Of a stretch of DNA of 64,000 nt, positions 1 to 8,072 are shown one piece after another. Made by a program: the position numbers and the translations under genes. The notes below the pieces were generated by a model. It was not told the origin of the DNA. It saw only the letters and a list, made by a program, of their open reading frames with translations, and did no database searches. The first letter of the stretch is position 1, and every line of letters begins with the position of its first letter. This stretch comes from a virus (taxonomy: Duplodnaviria; Caudoviricetes): positions 19,446 through 83,445 of IMG/VR virus record IMGVR_UViG_3300016659_000057. The stretch is one strand, 5' to 3'.

Positions 1-2
1 AC

Positions 3-191
3 CTTGTCGAGCCCGGCGACGTGAATATCAGAGGCGCCCTGCGCGGAATGGGTATTGAGTTGGTTAAGCCTAGGAAGCTGCGCAAGGCCTGCAAGCGAAC
101 TCTCAATTGCCATGGCTGCGGACGCTTCATCAGCTGGGACGGCCGATTCCTGAACGACTGCCAAAACTGCGGCGCGAATAACTGTCCCTGA
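3..191 (+). CDS. Partial CDS (5' end outside window) with C-terminal Zn-ribbon
   Basis: Hand translation ...LNCHGCGRFISWDGRFLNDCQNCGANNCP*, two CxxC pairs. Confidence 0.55.
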   Translation, partial: LVEPGDVNIRGALRGMGIELVKPRKLRKACKRTLNCHGCGRFISWDGRFLNDCQNCGANNCP

Positions 192-245
192 TACTCCGGC
201 GCTGCTCGCAAGCGCCTTCCCAATCTTGCAAAAAAACTCACTGTG

Positions 246-914
246 TTAAGGCGACATATCTCTAAGTTGTTTTGAATTGATCTCGGAAACTAGGGGAGCA
301 AAAAGCCCTTCAATGTATTTTTTTACGCTCAGCCTATCCTTACCAATTTCTTTTTTTAATTTCAACCATCTCAATTGTGAGTAATCTGACGCATACTCCA
401 TGCCTGGATCAAACCCGCCTTTTGAAAAAAGATATAGGCAGCTCTCGATGGCTTCAGAGCATTCACGTTCTCGGCGATAAATCTCAGAAAATCCATCCTC
501 GAATATCCCCCCCCAAATGGCCGCACATTCAACCTGGATAGCCTCGAGCTCTGATCGCGCAACTCTCATCTTATCTAGCCAGGATTGGAAAAAACCGCTC
601 GAGAAATAATTTTCATCGTCAGGACTGATCCACTGATTACTTTCTATTTCTTTAATAGCATGCTCGCCAACCTCCCACAGAATTATTAAAAGGTCGCGAT
701 ACTTATAAATCGCAACCGCTGCAGATCTTGCCAAAGCATGATCAGAAGTCCCCTTAAGTTGTCTCTTCCATGTACTTAATCCTTCTTTACCAAACTTATA
801 TGCCACCCAAAGAGCACCGGCACTAATTAGTGACCCGACTATGGGCATAGTTGCCCCCAATATATCTTTTGTCAGTGACCAGTCAGCGTCAGTGATTGCA
901 AAACAAAGAGACAT
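246..914 (-). CDS. AT-rich hypothetical membrane protein (moron)
   Basis: 222-aa ORF, hydrophobic segment IVGSLISAGALWVAY, antisense to flanking phage genes; start uncertain. Confidence 0.7.
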   Translation of the reverse strand: MSLCFAITDADWSLTKDILGATMPIVGSLISAGALWVAYKFGKEGLSTWKRQLKGTSDHALARSAAVAIYKYRDLLIILWEVGEHAIKEIESNQWISPDDENYFSSGFFQSWLDKMRVARSELEAIQVECAAIWGGIFEDGFSEIYRRERECSEAIESCLYLFSKGGFDPGMEYASDYSQLRWLKLKKEIGKDRLSVKKYIEGLFAPLVSEINSKQLRDMSP

Positions 915-964
915 GCATCCTCCCCCCTTCCGAAATTTAAAGATTATACCGTCCAGGAACTATC

Positions 965-1768
965 ATGCCCAACCGAATCGTATGTCAGTTCAGCTGCGGT
1001 GCCGCCTCGGCGGTGGCCACCAAGGTGGCTTTAGCCAAGTACGGCAGCACGCACGACGTGCAGATCATCAATGCGTTTCTAGCAAACGAGCATGAAGACA
1101 ACTGTCGGTTCCTACAGGACTGTCAGGAGTGGTTCGGGCAAGAGATCGTGCAGTTGCGCGACGAGAAGTACGGTGCGGACATCATTCAGGTTTTCCGGCG
1201 CGAGCGATTCATAAAAGGTCGCAATGGTGCACCCTGCACCAAGCTCCTAAAGCGCCGACTGCTCGATAACTGGAAGCAACCGGGCGACGTTATGGTGTTC
1301 GGCTACACCGCTGAAGAGGTGGACCGCCTGGATGACTTCAGAGACCGAAACCCTGATCGCCCTATTATTGCTCCGCTGATTGACGCGGGCCTGGGCAAAG
1401 AGGATTGCAAGGCGATGATCTGGCGCGCAGGGATCGAGTTGCCGCTGATGTACCGCCTGGGCTACGACAACGCCAACTGCATCGGCTGCGTGAAAGGTGG
1501 CGTAGGCTACTTTCGAGCGATCCGCGAAGACTTCCCGGAGCAATTTGAAGAGCTTTGCCGTGTTCAGGATGAACTTGGCCCAGGCTCGTACCTGCATCGC
1601 GACCGCAAGACCAATATCCGATTCTCTCTACGTGACGTTCCGCCTGGTAAACCCCGCCGAAACGAGGCGCTACCAGCTTGCTCTTTCTTTTGCGAGATAG
1701 CTGAAGCCGACTATCAACCAAGCGGTGCGGACGTAACGTCGGGCAGAGCGTTATCCGGTAAAGGGTGA
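965..1768 (+). CDS. PAPS-reductase-like / adenine nucleotide alpha-hydrolase family protein
   Basis: N-terminal CQFSCGAASAVA PP-loop-like motif, plus PCTKLLK and NANCIGCVKG Cys motifs typical of the phage PAPS-reductase-like family. Confidence 0.75.
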   Translation: MPNRIVCQFSCGAASAVATKVALAKYGSTHDVQIINAFLANEHEDNCRFLQDCQEWFGQEIVQLRDEKYGADIIQVFRRERFIKGRNGAPCTKLLKRRLLDNWKQPGDVMVFGYTAEEVDRLDDFRDRNPDRPIIAPLIDAGLGKEDCKAMIWRAGIELPLMYRLGYDNANCIGCVKGGVGYFRAIREDFPEQFEELCRVQDELGPGSYLHRDRKTNIRFSLRDVPPGKPRRNEALPACSFFCEIAEADYQPSGADVTSGRALSGKG

Positions 1769-3291
1769 ACAATCTGAGCCTTCAATTTGCGATGCAAAAC
1801 ACGATGACAGTTGGCGCACAGGCATCGCAATTGATCCAGGGTTGTCTTGTGCTGGTCGCCCATATCTGCGACCTGGATCGCTTCATGATGAACTTCAATA
1901 CAAGCCACCCCAAAATCGCCATACGCTTCGACAGGATCTGTTCCGCACTCCTCGCAGAATAGCCGGCCATGCTTCTTCATAAATGAAGCTTTCTTGGCTT
2001 TAGAAAGACCCGGTGAGCGTTCACGTTTCAGGTGGTACACCAGCCTGACTTGGCCCTCGGCCCACTCCCTATCCTCAGTGTTTATGGGTATTTCGAGCGT
2101 CTTGACTTGCTCACATTTGGGAACGACTTTGTAACCCGCAGCTTCCAACAGCTCGAAACAGACGGTCCCCTTTCCCGCAGTGAAATGCTTGGGCATTACC
2201 TTGAATCCCAACGCTTCCGTTGCAGCGAGGCCGAAGACCTGCTTGGGAGCTAGTCTGGCATTCGAATCAACTAACAGGTCGTAGTCGATAGAGGGTCCAA
2301 AATCCTCTGCCAGGACACCTTGAAGGAGATATTGGACTGCTTTCCAAATGTACTCAGCAGTGACCTTACGTAATTCTTCCGCCGGCAAGCGAGCATTGCC
2401 TGCCAGCCCAGTCCCGTCTACGGAAACTAAGGCTTGTGTTGCAATTACCGCTTCCAACTCAGGGGCGTCCAAGAAGCCAAAAATTACGTTACCCAATGCA
2501 ACTGAAATGGCCGCCAGATAGCAACCCTGGTTACCGTTACCATTTGATTGGAGAGGTGAGTTTCTTTTCGGCAAAAATTTTACAATTTTGTCGATGTGGG
2601 CTTTCGGCGAAATCGGAGTAGTTAATGCGACCCAGTTGACCGACACCAACCACCCTGTAGCAGCCCAGCTTTCACCAATCGTTCCAAATTCTTCAGGCTT
2701 CGGCGCTTCGGCGTAATTACTGATTGCTATGCCAATCGCTTTGATCAGGCCATCCGCGTAGGACACCACAACATCCCCCGGCTCCACCTGGGTCAAATTG
2801 TCGTAAGTTTTGTTGCGGGCACCATTTTTACTGGTTTTCGGCGACCAAATATAACCACCTTCAAACTCAGCCTTAAAGGTCTGCTTATGGTTTACCCACC
2901 AAAATTTGTGCCGGGAGGTTACCGCGTCCTCAAAGTCTCGTAGGCGCGATGCCGAATGTTCTACCGCTTCTGGGGAAAAAAAATCAGGGTGCCTAACCAC
3001 AACGGCTTCAAAAGCGAAACTCTGTAAACCAAGGCCGACTAGAGCTCTGTAGCCTTGCGTTTCTGCTTCACGGGTAACCACTCTCTCGACGCCCGGAACA
3101 ATCCCATGTTCTTTCAGCATCCTCCATGTATAAGCGGCTGGCTGCCGCTTCCCATGTTTCTGGAGCAGTGTTTGCTCGTACGACAGCACGGCAAGAATCG
3201 ACTCGATCTCAGCCGATGAAGTTGCACCAAACTGCTCACGAGCGATGAGCTCCGCTTTTTGCTTCAGGGTTTCAAGCTTATGTGCGTCCAT
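1714..3291 (-). CDS. Multi-domain HNH endonuclease, probable type IV (modification-dependent) restriction enzyme
   Basis: ATG at 3291 with GGAGAG RBS; WWVNHKQTF...IWSP PUA/EVE-like segment; C-terminal CEECG...IEVHH...CLCANCHRVLH HNH. Confidence 0.75.
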   Translation of the reverse strand: MDAHKLETLKQKAELIAREQFGATSSAEIESILAVLSYEQTLLQKHGKRQPAAYTWRMLKEHGIVPGVERVVTREAETQGYRALVGLGLQSFAFEAVVVRHPDFFSPEAVEHSASRLRDFEDAVTSRHKFWWVNHKQTFKAEFEGGYIWSPKTSKNGARNKTYDNLTQVEPGDVVVSYADGLIKAIGIAISNYAEAPKPEEFGTIGESWAATGWLVSVNWVALTTPISPKAHIDKIVKFLPKRNSPLQSNGNGNQGCYLAAISVALGNVIFGFLDAPELEAVIATQALVSVDGTGLAGNARLPAEELRKVTAEYIWKAVQYLLQGVLAEDFGPSIDYDLLVDSNARLAPKQVFGLAATEALGFKVMPKHFTAGKGTVCFELLEAAGYKVVPKCEQVKTLEIPINTEDREWAEGQVRLVYHLKRERSPGLSKAKKASFMKKHGRLFCEECGTDPVEAYGDFGVACIEVHHEAIQVADMGDQHKTTLDQLRCLCANCHRVLHRKLKAQIVHPLPDNALPDVTSAPLG

Positions 3292-3494
3292 GTTTGCTCT
3301 CTCCGATGAGAAACAGAGTTTAAAGCAGATGGTGGCATTTCGACACACGCACCTCTCAATACGTAATGCGCTAATCCTTACACGGTGCAATTGAATAATT
3401 GCAGTGCTACGCACGGGTCTACCCGTAACCCCTCCCCCTTCAAAGTCAGCCGCTATAACGGCCACCGAGGCGAGGCTAGGAAGGCGTTGAGAAG

Positions 3495-3674
3495 CTAGAC
3501 CCGGCGCTCAGATTCATCGCTGCCGAGATCTTTTTCGCCTTGAAGAATTTTCTTCATCGCCAACTGGGCGTCTGGATCACCACACTCGGCCATACACTCA
3601 AGGCAATCGCCGCCGCAATCCATGAGTTCAGAGCGGGTATTTAAAGGCCGTTGGCATATGCTGCATTTGTTCAT
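3495..3674 (-). CDS. 59-aa Cys-rich hypothetical protein (below ORF-track cut-off)
   Basis: Hand translation MNKCSICQRPLNTRSELMDCGGDCLECMAECGDPDAQ...; CAGGA upstream. Confidence 0.55.
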   Translation of the reverse strand: MNKCSICQRPLNTRSELMDCGGDCLECMAECGDPDAQLAMKKILQGEKDLGSDESERRV

Positions 3675-3694
3675 TACGTGATCCTGAGTCGGGG

Positions 3695-3928
3695 TTATGG
3701 GCAGAAATCTCCGAGGCTATCCCGTGCAATTTGAACGGCGTACTCAAGCAATTCTAGGGGAACACTTGGCTCAAATAGGGTTACCTCGAAACGCAGGGTT
3801 TCGTCATTTCGGAAGATCTCAAACATCTGAGCTCCCTCGCCTTCCCAGCACTCTAAAGCCAAGCCGTCATGACCTATGACGACGCTCGAAGCACGGCAAA
3901 AACGGTATTCAATTCCGTGTACGACCAC
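3695..3928 (-). CDS. 77-aa acidic hypothetical protein
   Basis: GTG start with strong GGAGGTGA RBS. Confidence 0.65.
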   Translation of the reverse strand: MVVHGIEYRFCRASSVVIGHDGLALECWEGEGAQMFEIFRNDETLRFEVTLFEPSVPLELLEYAVQIARDSLGDFCP

Positions 3929-4010
3929 ATCTCACCTCCATTTCTAAGGAGGCAACGATACATCTCCCCTCTATGAACTTGATAGCCGCTATGGCGGCAA
4001 GGACGAAGTC

Positions 4011-4457
4011 ATGCCTGAAGAAATCAACAAAGCGTGGCCGGACCACTTCCGCTATATCGACACCATTGGCCCGGAAGGCCTGGAGGTGCACTGCATCACC
4101 TATCAGGTGATCGGCGAAACCGCGCAGTGCTTCTACATCGGCGATACCCATACCTGCGACTTGGTCAAAGGCCCGCAATACAGCTGGACCGCTGAGGAGG
4201 TTAAGAAGCGCAGAAAGCGCGTGCTGAAAGACGGTGGCAACTGGGGCCGTCGATTCGCCTACACCGACAAGGCGCTGGCACTGCGCTCTTACAAGACACG
4301 CAAGGCCTGGCAGCTGCGACACGCTCGTCTGTCAATGGAGCGGGCCCAGGCGGCTATCGGGTACTTCGGCAACGCTCAGGTCGAAAGCCCGATACCGGAC
4401 GCCGCGGTCACCATCCCGAACGAATATATCCAAGGCTTAAACTGGGAGGACTATTAG
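4011..4457 (+). CDS. Phage hypothetical protein
   Basis: 148-aa ORF, AAGGAC RBS inside a leader motif shared with 60007..60038. Confidence 0.75.
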   Translation: MPEEINKAWPDHFRYIDTIGPEGLEVHCITYQVIGETAQCFYIGDTHTCDLVKGPQYSWTAEEVKKRRKRVLKDGGNWGRRFAYTDKALALRSYKTRKAWQLRHARLSMERAQAAIGYFGNAQVESPIPDAAVTIPNEYIQGLNWEDY

Positions 4458-4513
4458 TGATCGCCCCCCTCTGGTTCGCCTACGTCTTCATCTACCGAGG
4501 GCCCAGGCCGTGA
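4457..4513 (+). CDS. 18-aa hydrophobic peptide MIAPLWFAYVFIYRGPRP
   Basis: GGGAGGA RBS, GTG overlaps upstream TAG; near-identical copy at 60747..60803. Confidence 0.55.
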   Translation: MIAPLWFAYVFIYRGPRP

Positions 4514-4592
4514 GTAATTTCCACTGTAAATAGTCGGGAAACCGACACTTCAACGCGCCGACCATCAAGGCTCACCAAACAAGGAGAGCCAC

Positions 4593-4778
4593 ATGAGAGC
4601 GTTCGCACAAGCAATTATCACAATTGCACCAGTGACCAACCGCAAATCCAGGAATCGTTTCCTCCGTGAATGCGACAGATGGTCCAACCGCTTATACAGG
4701 CGGGATTTGATCAGCCTTCAACAACGCCAGGATCTGCGGCGGCAAATCGCAGCAGCGTGCTTGGTGGCGTTGATGTAA
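4593..4778 (+). CDS. 61-aa basic hypothetical protein
   Basis: AAGGAGA RBS upstream of ATG. Confidence 0.65.
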   Translation: MRAFAQAIITIAPVTNRKSRNRFLRECDRWSNRLYRRDLISLQQRQDLRRQIAAACLVALM

Positions 4779-4780
4779 CC

Positions 4781-5373
4781 CCTACATGCCTGTCGGTGGG
4801 CGGATTCACGGCAACTGACTGTCGATCCATCGTTCAGCTGCCGCCATCGCATCATCAAGTGCCGCCGGATAGTCAGGCCAGGGGCCTTCCAACTCTGCTG
4901 CAACCTCACCCAAGCCATTGATGGGAGCTGGCTCAATGACCTTTGCGGCAACAGGGATCTGGTCGTTCGGGCGACGCCAGTCGAACTTGAGAAACATCAC
5001 GTGGCCCCGGTAAGCGTGCGCTATCGGAGCATCGAAGTTGTGTGACACGTCCATGCCTCATCACGAACTCAGTTGAACCCTTTTGTACACCGCTTCGGTC
5101 CTGTTTGAAAGATAGGCAGAAAGCTATCACTCCAATCCCCTATACGCCGCCCAGCGCGGCTAGGACACACCCCATGTTCGCTATGAAACTCACCCTGACT
5201 GTACTGGGCGCCCTGTTGTACCTGGTCGGAACCCTCGGCTGGTTCTTCTGGGCTGGGCCTGACCTTGTTGGCACAGGCACCCACGAGGCACTGCTCTACG
5301 CCTTCGCCGGCACATGCGCCTGGCTGCTGACCTCCTTCGGCCTGGCAATCCAAATCATCAAGACAGCGCGGCC
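4781..5373. repeat. ~0.6 kb block homologous to 61581..62174
   Basis: Direct nucleotide comparison shows high identity, decaying in the membrane-protein gene. Confidence 0.9.
4806..5054 (-). CDS. 82-aa hypothetical protein (copy 1)
   Basis: MDVSHNFDAPIAH..., near-identical to 61606..61854. Confidence 0.7.
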   Translation of the reverse strand: MDVSHNFDAPIAHAYRGHVMFLKFDWRRPNDQIPVAAKVIEPAPINGLGEVAAELEGPWPDYPAALDDAMAAAERWIDSQLP

Positions 5374-5404
5374 TGCGGGCTCACTCGACAAACCAGAGGC
5401 ATAG
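5174..5404 (+). CDS. Small two-TM membrane protein
   Basis: Two hydrophobic segments; paralogue at 61975..62196. Confidence 0.7.
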   Translation: MFAMKLTLTVLGALLYLVGTLGWFFWAGPDLVGTGTHEALLYAFAGTCAWLLTSFGLAIQIIKTARPAGSLDKPEA

Positions 5405-5415
5405 AGGTGCACACC

Positions 5416-5652
5416 ATGGAAATGCAAAGCGAAACCCTTGCCGAAGAAGAAATCGCCGCCATCACTGGCTATATGATCCCCTCGCGCCAGATCGCGTGGC
5501 TCAACCTGAATGGATGGAAGTACGTGCTGACCCGGGCACGCAGGCCGGTTGTGGGCCGGGTGTACGCCCGGATGAAGCTGGCAGGCGTAAAACCCTCAGC
5601 AGAAAACGTTGCGGCCGAAGCCTGGTCGCTGGACTTGTCACGGGTAGGATAA
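5416..5652 (+). CDS. DUF4224-type excisionase-like protein
   Basis: L.EEEIAAITGY...QIAWL...RPVVGRVYA pattern directly upstream of integrase; GAGGT RBS. Confidence 0.75.
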   Translation: MEMQSETLAEEEIAAITGYMIPSRQIAWLNLNGWKYVLTRARRPVVGRVYARMKLAGVKPSAENVAAEAWSLDLSRVG

Positions 5653-5656
5653 AAAG

Positions 5657-6721
5657 ATGCGAGCGAAAAAGGCGGCAAACAGGGACCTGCCGCCGCGAAT
5701 GATTCGGCGCGTACGCACGCTGAAGGGTGGCAAAGAGTGGGTTGGCTATTACTACGACGGGAGGAATGAAGACGGGAAGCGGGTGGAAATCCCGCTTGGG
5801 GGTGATTTAGATATCGCCAAGGCTGAATGGGCAAAGCTTGATTGCAAGCCCGTGCCGAAGAAGAACGCCCTCCTGGTCCAGGTGTTTGACCGGTATGAAC
5901 GAGAGATCATCCCAGGCAAGAAGCCCAAGACCCAGAGCGACAACTTGCTGAGCCTCAAACAGCTGCGCAAGGCTTTCAATGATGCCCCCATTGATGCAGT
6001 TTCGCCGCAGATCATCGCGCAGTACCGGGACAGCCGAACCGCCAAAGTCCGGGCCAATAGGGAGATATCCCTACTGTCCCACATCTACAACATTGCGCGG
6101 GAGTGGGGGCTCACAGAGAACAACCCCGCCGCCGGCGTGCGCAAGAACAAAGAGGTGCCGCGTGACTTCTACGCCACCGAGGAAATCTGGAGCGCCGTGT
6201 ATGCCGTCGCAGCCTCGGAACTGCGTGACGCGATGGACCTGGCCTACCTGACTGCCCAGCGCCCGGCGGATACGCTGTCCATGCGTGAGGCGGACGCCGT
6301 AAACGAATTCCTGCAGGTATCCCAGGGCAAGACATCGAAGAAGCTACGCATTCGCCTGACCGCTGCCGGCGCACTCAATGACCTAGGCGCCTTGGTTGCA
6401 AGGCTGATAGAGCAAAGACGCTTACGGGGAGTGCGAAACCCTTACCTGATAATCACCGAAGACGGCAGGCAGGTGACTAAGCACATGCTCCGGCTACGCT
6501 TTGACGATGCTCGCGACAAAGCAATCTCCATCGCCAGAGAGGTAGGCGACGGTGTTCTTGCATCCAGTATTCGACAGTTTCAGTTCCGCGACATCCGCCC
6601 GAAAGCTGCCAGTGAGATTCTGGACCTTGGCGATGCCAGTCGCCTGTTGGGGCATACGGACAAGCGGATAACCGAGACGGTTTACCGTCGTGTTGGGGAG
6701 ATTGTGAAGCCGACACGCTGA
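5657..6721 (+). CDS. int: Tyrosine recombinase (integrase A)
   Basis: QRPAD, FRDIRPKAASE, LLGH and VYRR catalytic segments. Confidence 0.92.
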   Translation: MRAKKAANRDLPPRMIRRVRTLKGGKEWVGYYYDGRNEDGKRVEIPLGGDLDIAKAEWAKLDCKPVPKKNALLVQVFDRYEREIIPGKKPKTQSDNLLSLKQLRKAFNDAPIDAVSPQIIAQYRDSRTAKVRANREISLLSHIYNIAREWGLTENNPAAGVRKNKEVPRDFYATEEIWSAVYAVAASELRDAMDLAYLTAQRPADTLSMREADAVNEFLQVSQGKTSKKLRIRLTAAGALNDLGALVARLIEQRRLRGVRNPYLIITEDGRQVTKHMLRLRFDDARDKAISIAREVGDGVLASSIRQFQFRDIRPKAASEILDLGDASRLLGHTDKRITETVYRRVGEIVKPTR

Positions 6722-6739
6722 CCGCGATCAGCGCTAGGT

Positions 6740-6769
6740 TGCGGAAACTGCCGGAAATGATGCGGAAAC
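6740..6769. repeat. Three tandem TGC(C)GGAAA(C/T) repeats, candidate integrase A arm sites
   Basis: tgcggaaac / tgccggaaat / tgcggaaac between int stop and att. Confidence 0.5.
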
Positions 6770-6802
6770 GATCAGTCTGTAGAGATTTTTCTAAGACAAA
6801 CC

Positions 6803-6911
6803 CCAGAAACGCAAAAGCCCCGCTTTCGCGAGGCTTTCGTGTAAATCTTGGCGGGAAACCAGGGATTCGAACCCTGGAGACGCTATTAACGTCCGCCGGT
6901 TTTCAAGACCG
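6803..6911 (-). repeat. att site: duplicated 3' half of tRNA-Ser (anticodon stem to CCA) plus terminator
   Basis: Matches 63563..63671 with 3 mismatches; 6803..6877 identical. Confidence 0.95.
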
Positions 6912-7145
6912 CTATGCATACTCAAGCGGGCTAGTGCCTTGAGCCCCCTTGGAGTTCCATTACTAAAGGAAAGTGACCGGGCTACAGACCGCATTCTACA
7001 AGGGGTGCGGTTTTAGTTTTGGAACTCTTTTTGACCCTCCCTCACGCCCTGCTTGCTGAAAAATAAATATCGCGGAAGTGACACGAGCCGAAACATGTAC
7101 CATCCTCAATCGTCGCGGCCGAAATATGAACAATGGAGTGTCTGC

Positions 7146-7547
7146 ATGAAGAATCTCACCCTGTCTTTGATTTTGATCTCTCTCGCTGGATGCTCCACGC
7201 CACCAAGGCCCGCCCCTGCAAAACCCCTGGTCCTATACCGATATCCGATGAGCGAGAACGCGGTACTGCTTGCTCACACGGTGGCGAGTCACGATCTCAA
7301 GGATCCAGAAAGCGCGAAGTTTCGTGATACGTTTTTCGTAACCTCAGATGCCCGCGGAGAAGCGCGAGACAAATCGAAAGATTCTTGGTGTATCGAAATC
7401 AACGGGAAGAATAGCTACGGGGCCTATGTTGGGTACACTTGGGCGCTTCTTCCTGCTGGAGGAAAATCGGTCATCATGGGCAGCTCCCCAGTCGGAGCAA
7501 TGGCAAGTCAAATTTGCTCATCCGCGACCTATCCACCTGCAGGGTAG
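7146..7547 (+). CDS. Lipoprotein (moron)
   Basis: MKNLTLSLILISLAG-C lipobox; GGAG upstream. Confidence 0.8.
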   Translation: MKNLTLSLILISLAGCSTPPRPAPAKPLVLYRYPMSENAVLLAHTVASHDLKDPESAKFRDTFFVTSDARGEARDKSKDSWCIEINGKNSYGAYVGYTWALLPAGGKSVIMGSSPVGAMASQICSSATYPPAG

Positions 7548-7774
7548 ATCTGCACGCCACCATGTCAAGGTGACCCCGTAACGTACGTAGACTATTGATC
7601 CATAAGGAAATAGTGGCCGTTTTTAGAATATCAAAACGCCTCGGTTCGACCTATAAGAATCAATAACTTAGCGTTGTATATTCCTACAGTATTCTCCTTC
7701 CCCGGCGTCCTGCCGAACGACCTCCCAACTCAATAATTTGCCTGCTACGCTGTTCGCTCCACGGAGGAACAACG

Positions 7775-7984
7775 ATGCCGAACTCAGACCTAATCCCTTC
7801 CCTGCTTTTCAAACTCTACGAAAACCAACTTGCCCTCGAGGCGTCCATCCTGGAGCTGTCAAATTGGGTTGAGCAACGTGGCTCTTCCGAGGTGGCAGAC
7901 AACGTGCGAGGCGCCCTCTTCACAATCGGACACAACGAAGAGTTCATCAAAATGACTCTCGCCGTACTGATGGAATCGGAATAG
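7775..7984 (+). CDS. 69-aa hypothetical protein
   Basis: GGAGGA RBS. Confidence 0.7.
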   Translation: MPNSDLIPSLLFKLYENQLALEASILELSNWVEQRGSSEVADNVRGALFTIGHNEEFIKMTLAVLMESE

Positions 7985-8039
7985 TCACAACCCCTTGCAG
8001 CTCGTCGGCTCAAATCGCGCCACGGCCAAACCTCGACTA

Positions 8040-8055
8040 CTGTACGCACATACAG
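8040..8055. promoter_or_regulatory. LexA (SOS) box
   Basis: CTGT-acgcacat-ACAG, 17 nt upstream of ATG 8073. Confidence 0.75.
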
Positions 8056-8072
8056 TATTTGAGATTCACGCT

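Larger units (their letters stand above)
1..6911. mobile_element. Element A: right end of a prophage or prophage remnant, left part outside the window
   Basis: Phage-type accessory ORFs, then DUF4224 and a tyrosine integrase, ending at a duplicated tRNA-Ser 3' half. Confidence 0.85.

Noticed and set aside
3292-3465. 58-aa N-terminal extension of the HNH ORF given by the ORF track
   Set aside because: It reads through the conserved intergenic motif (the same AVIAADFEGGG appears in spurious ORF 59692..60081); ATG 3291 has the RBS.
6849-6911. Second tRNA-Ser gene
   Set aside because: Only the anticodon stem to CCA is present; the D-arm and 5' acceptor strand are missing. It is an att remnant.
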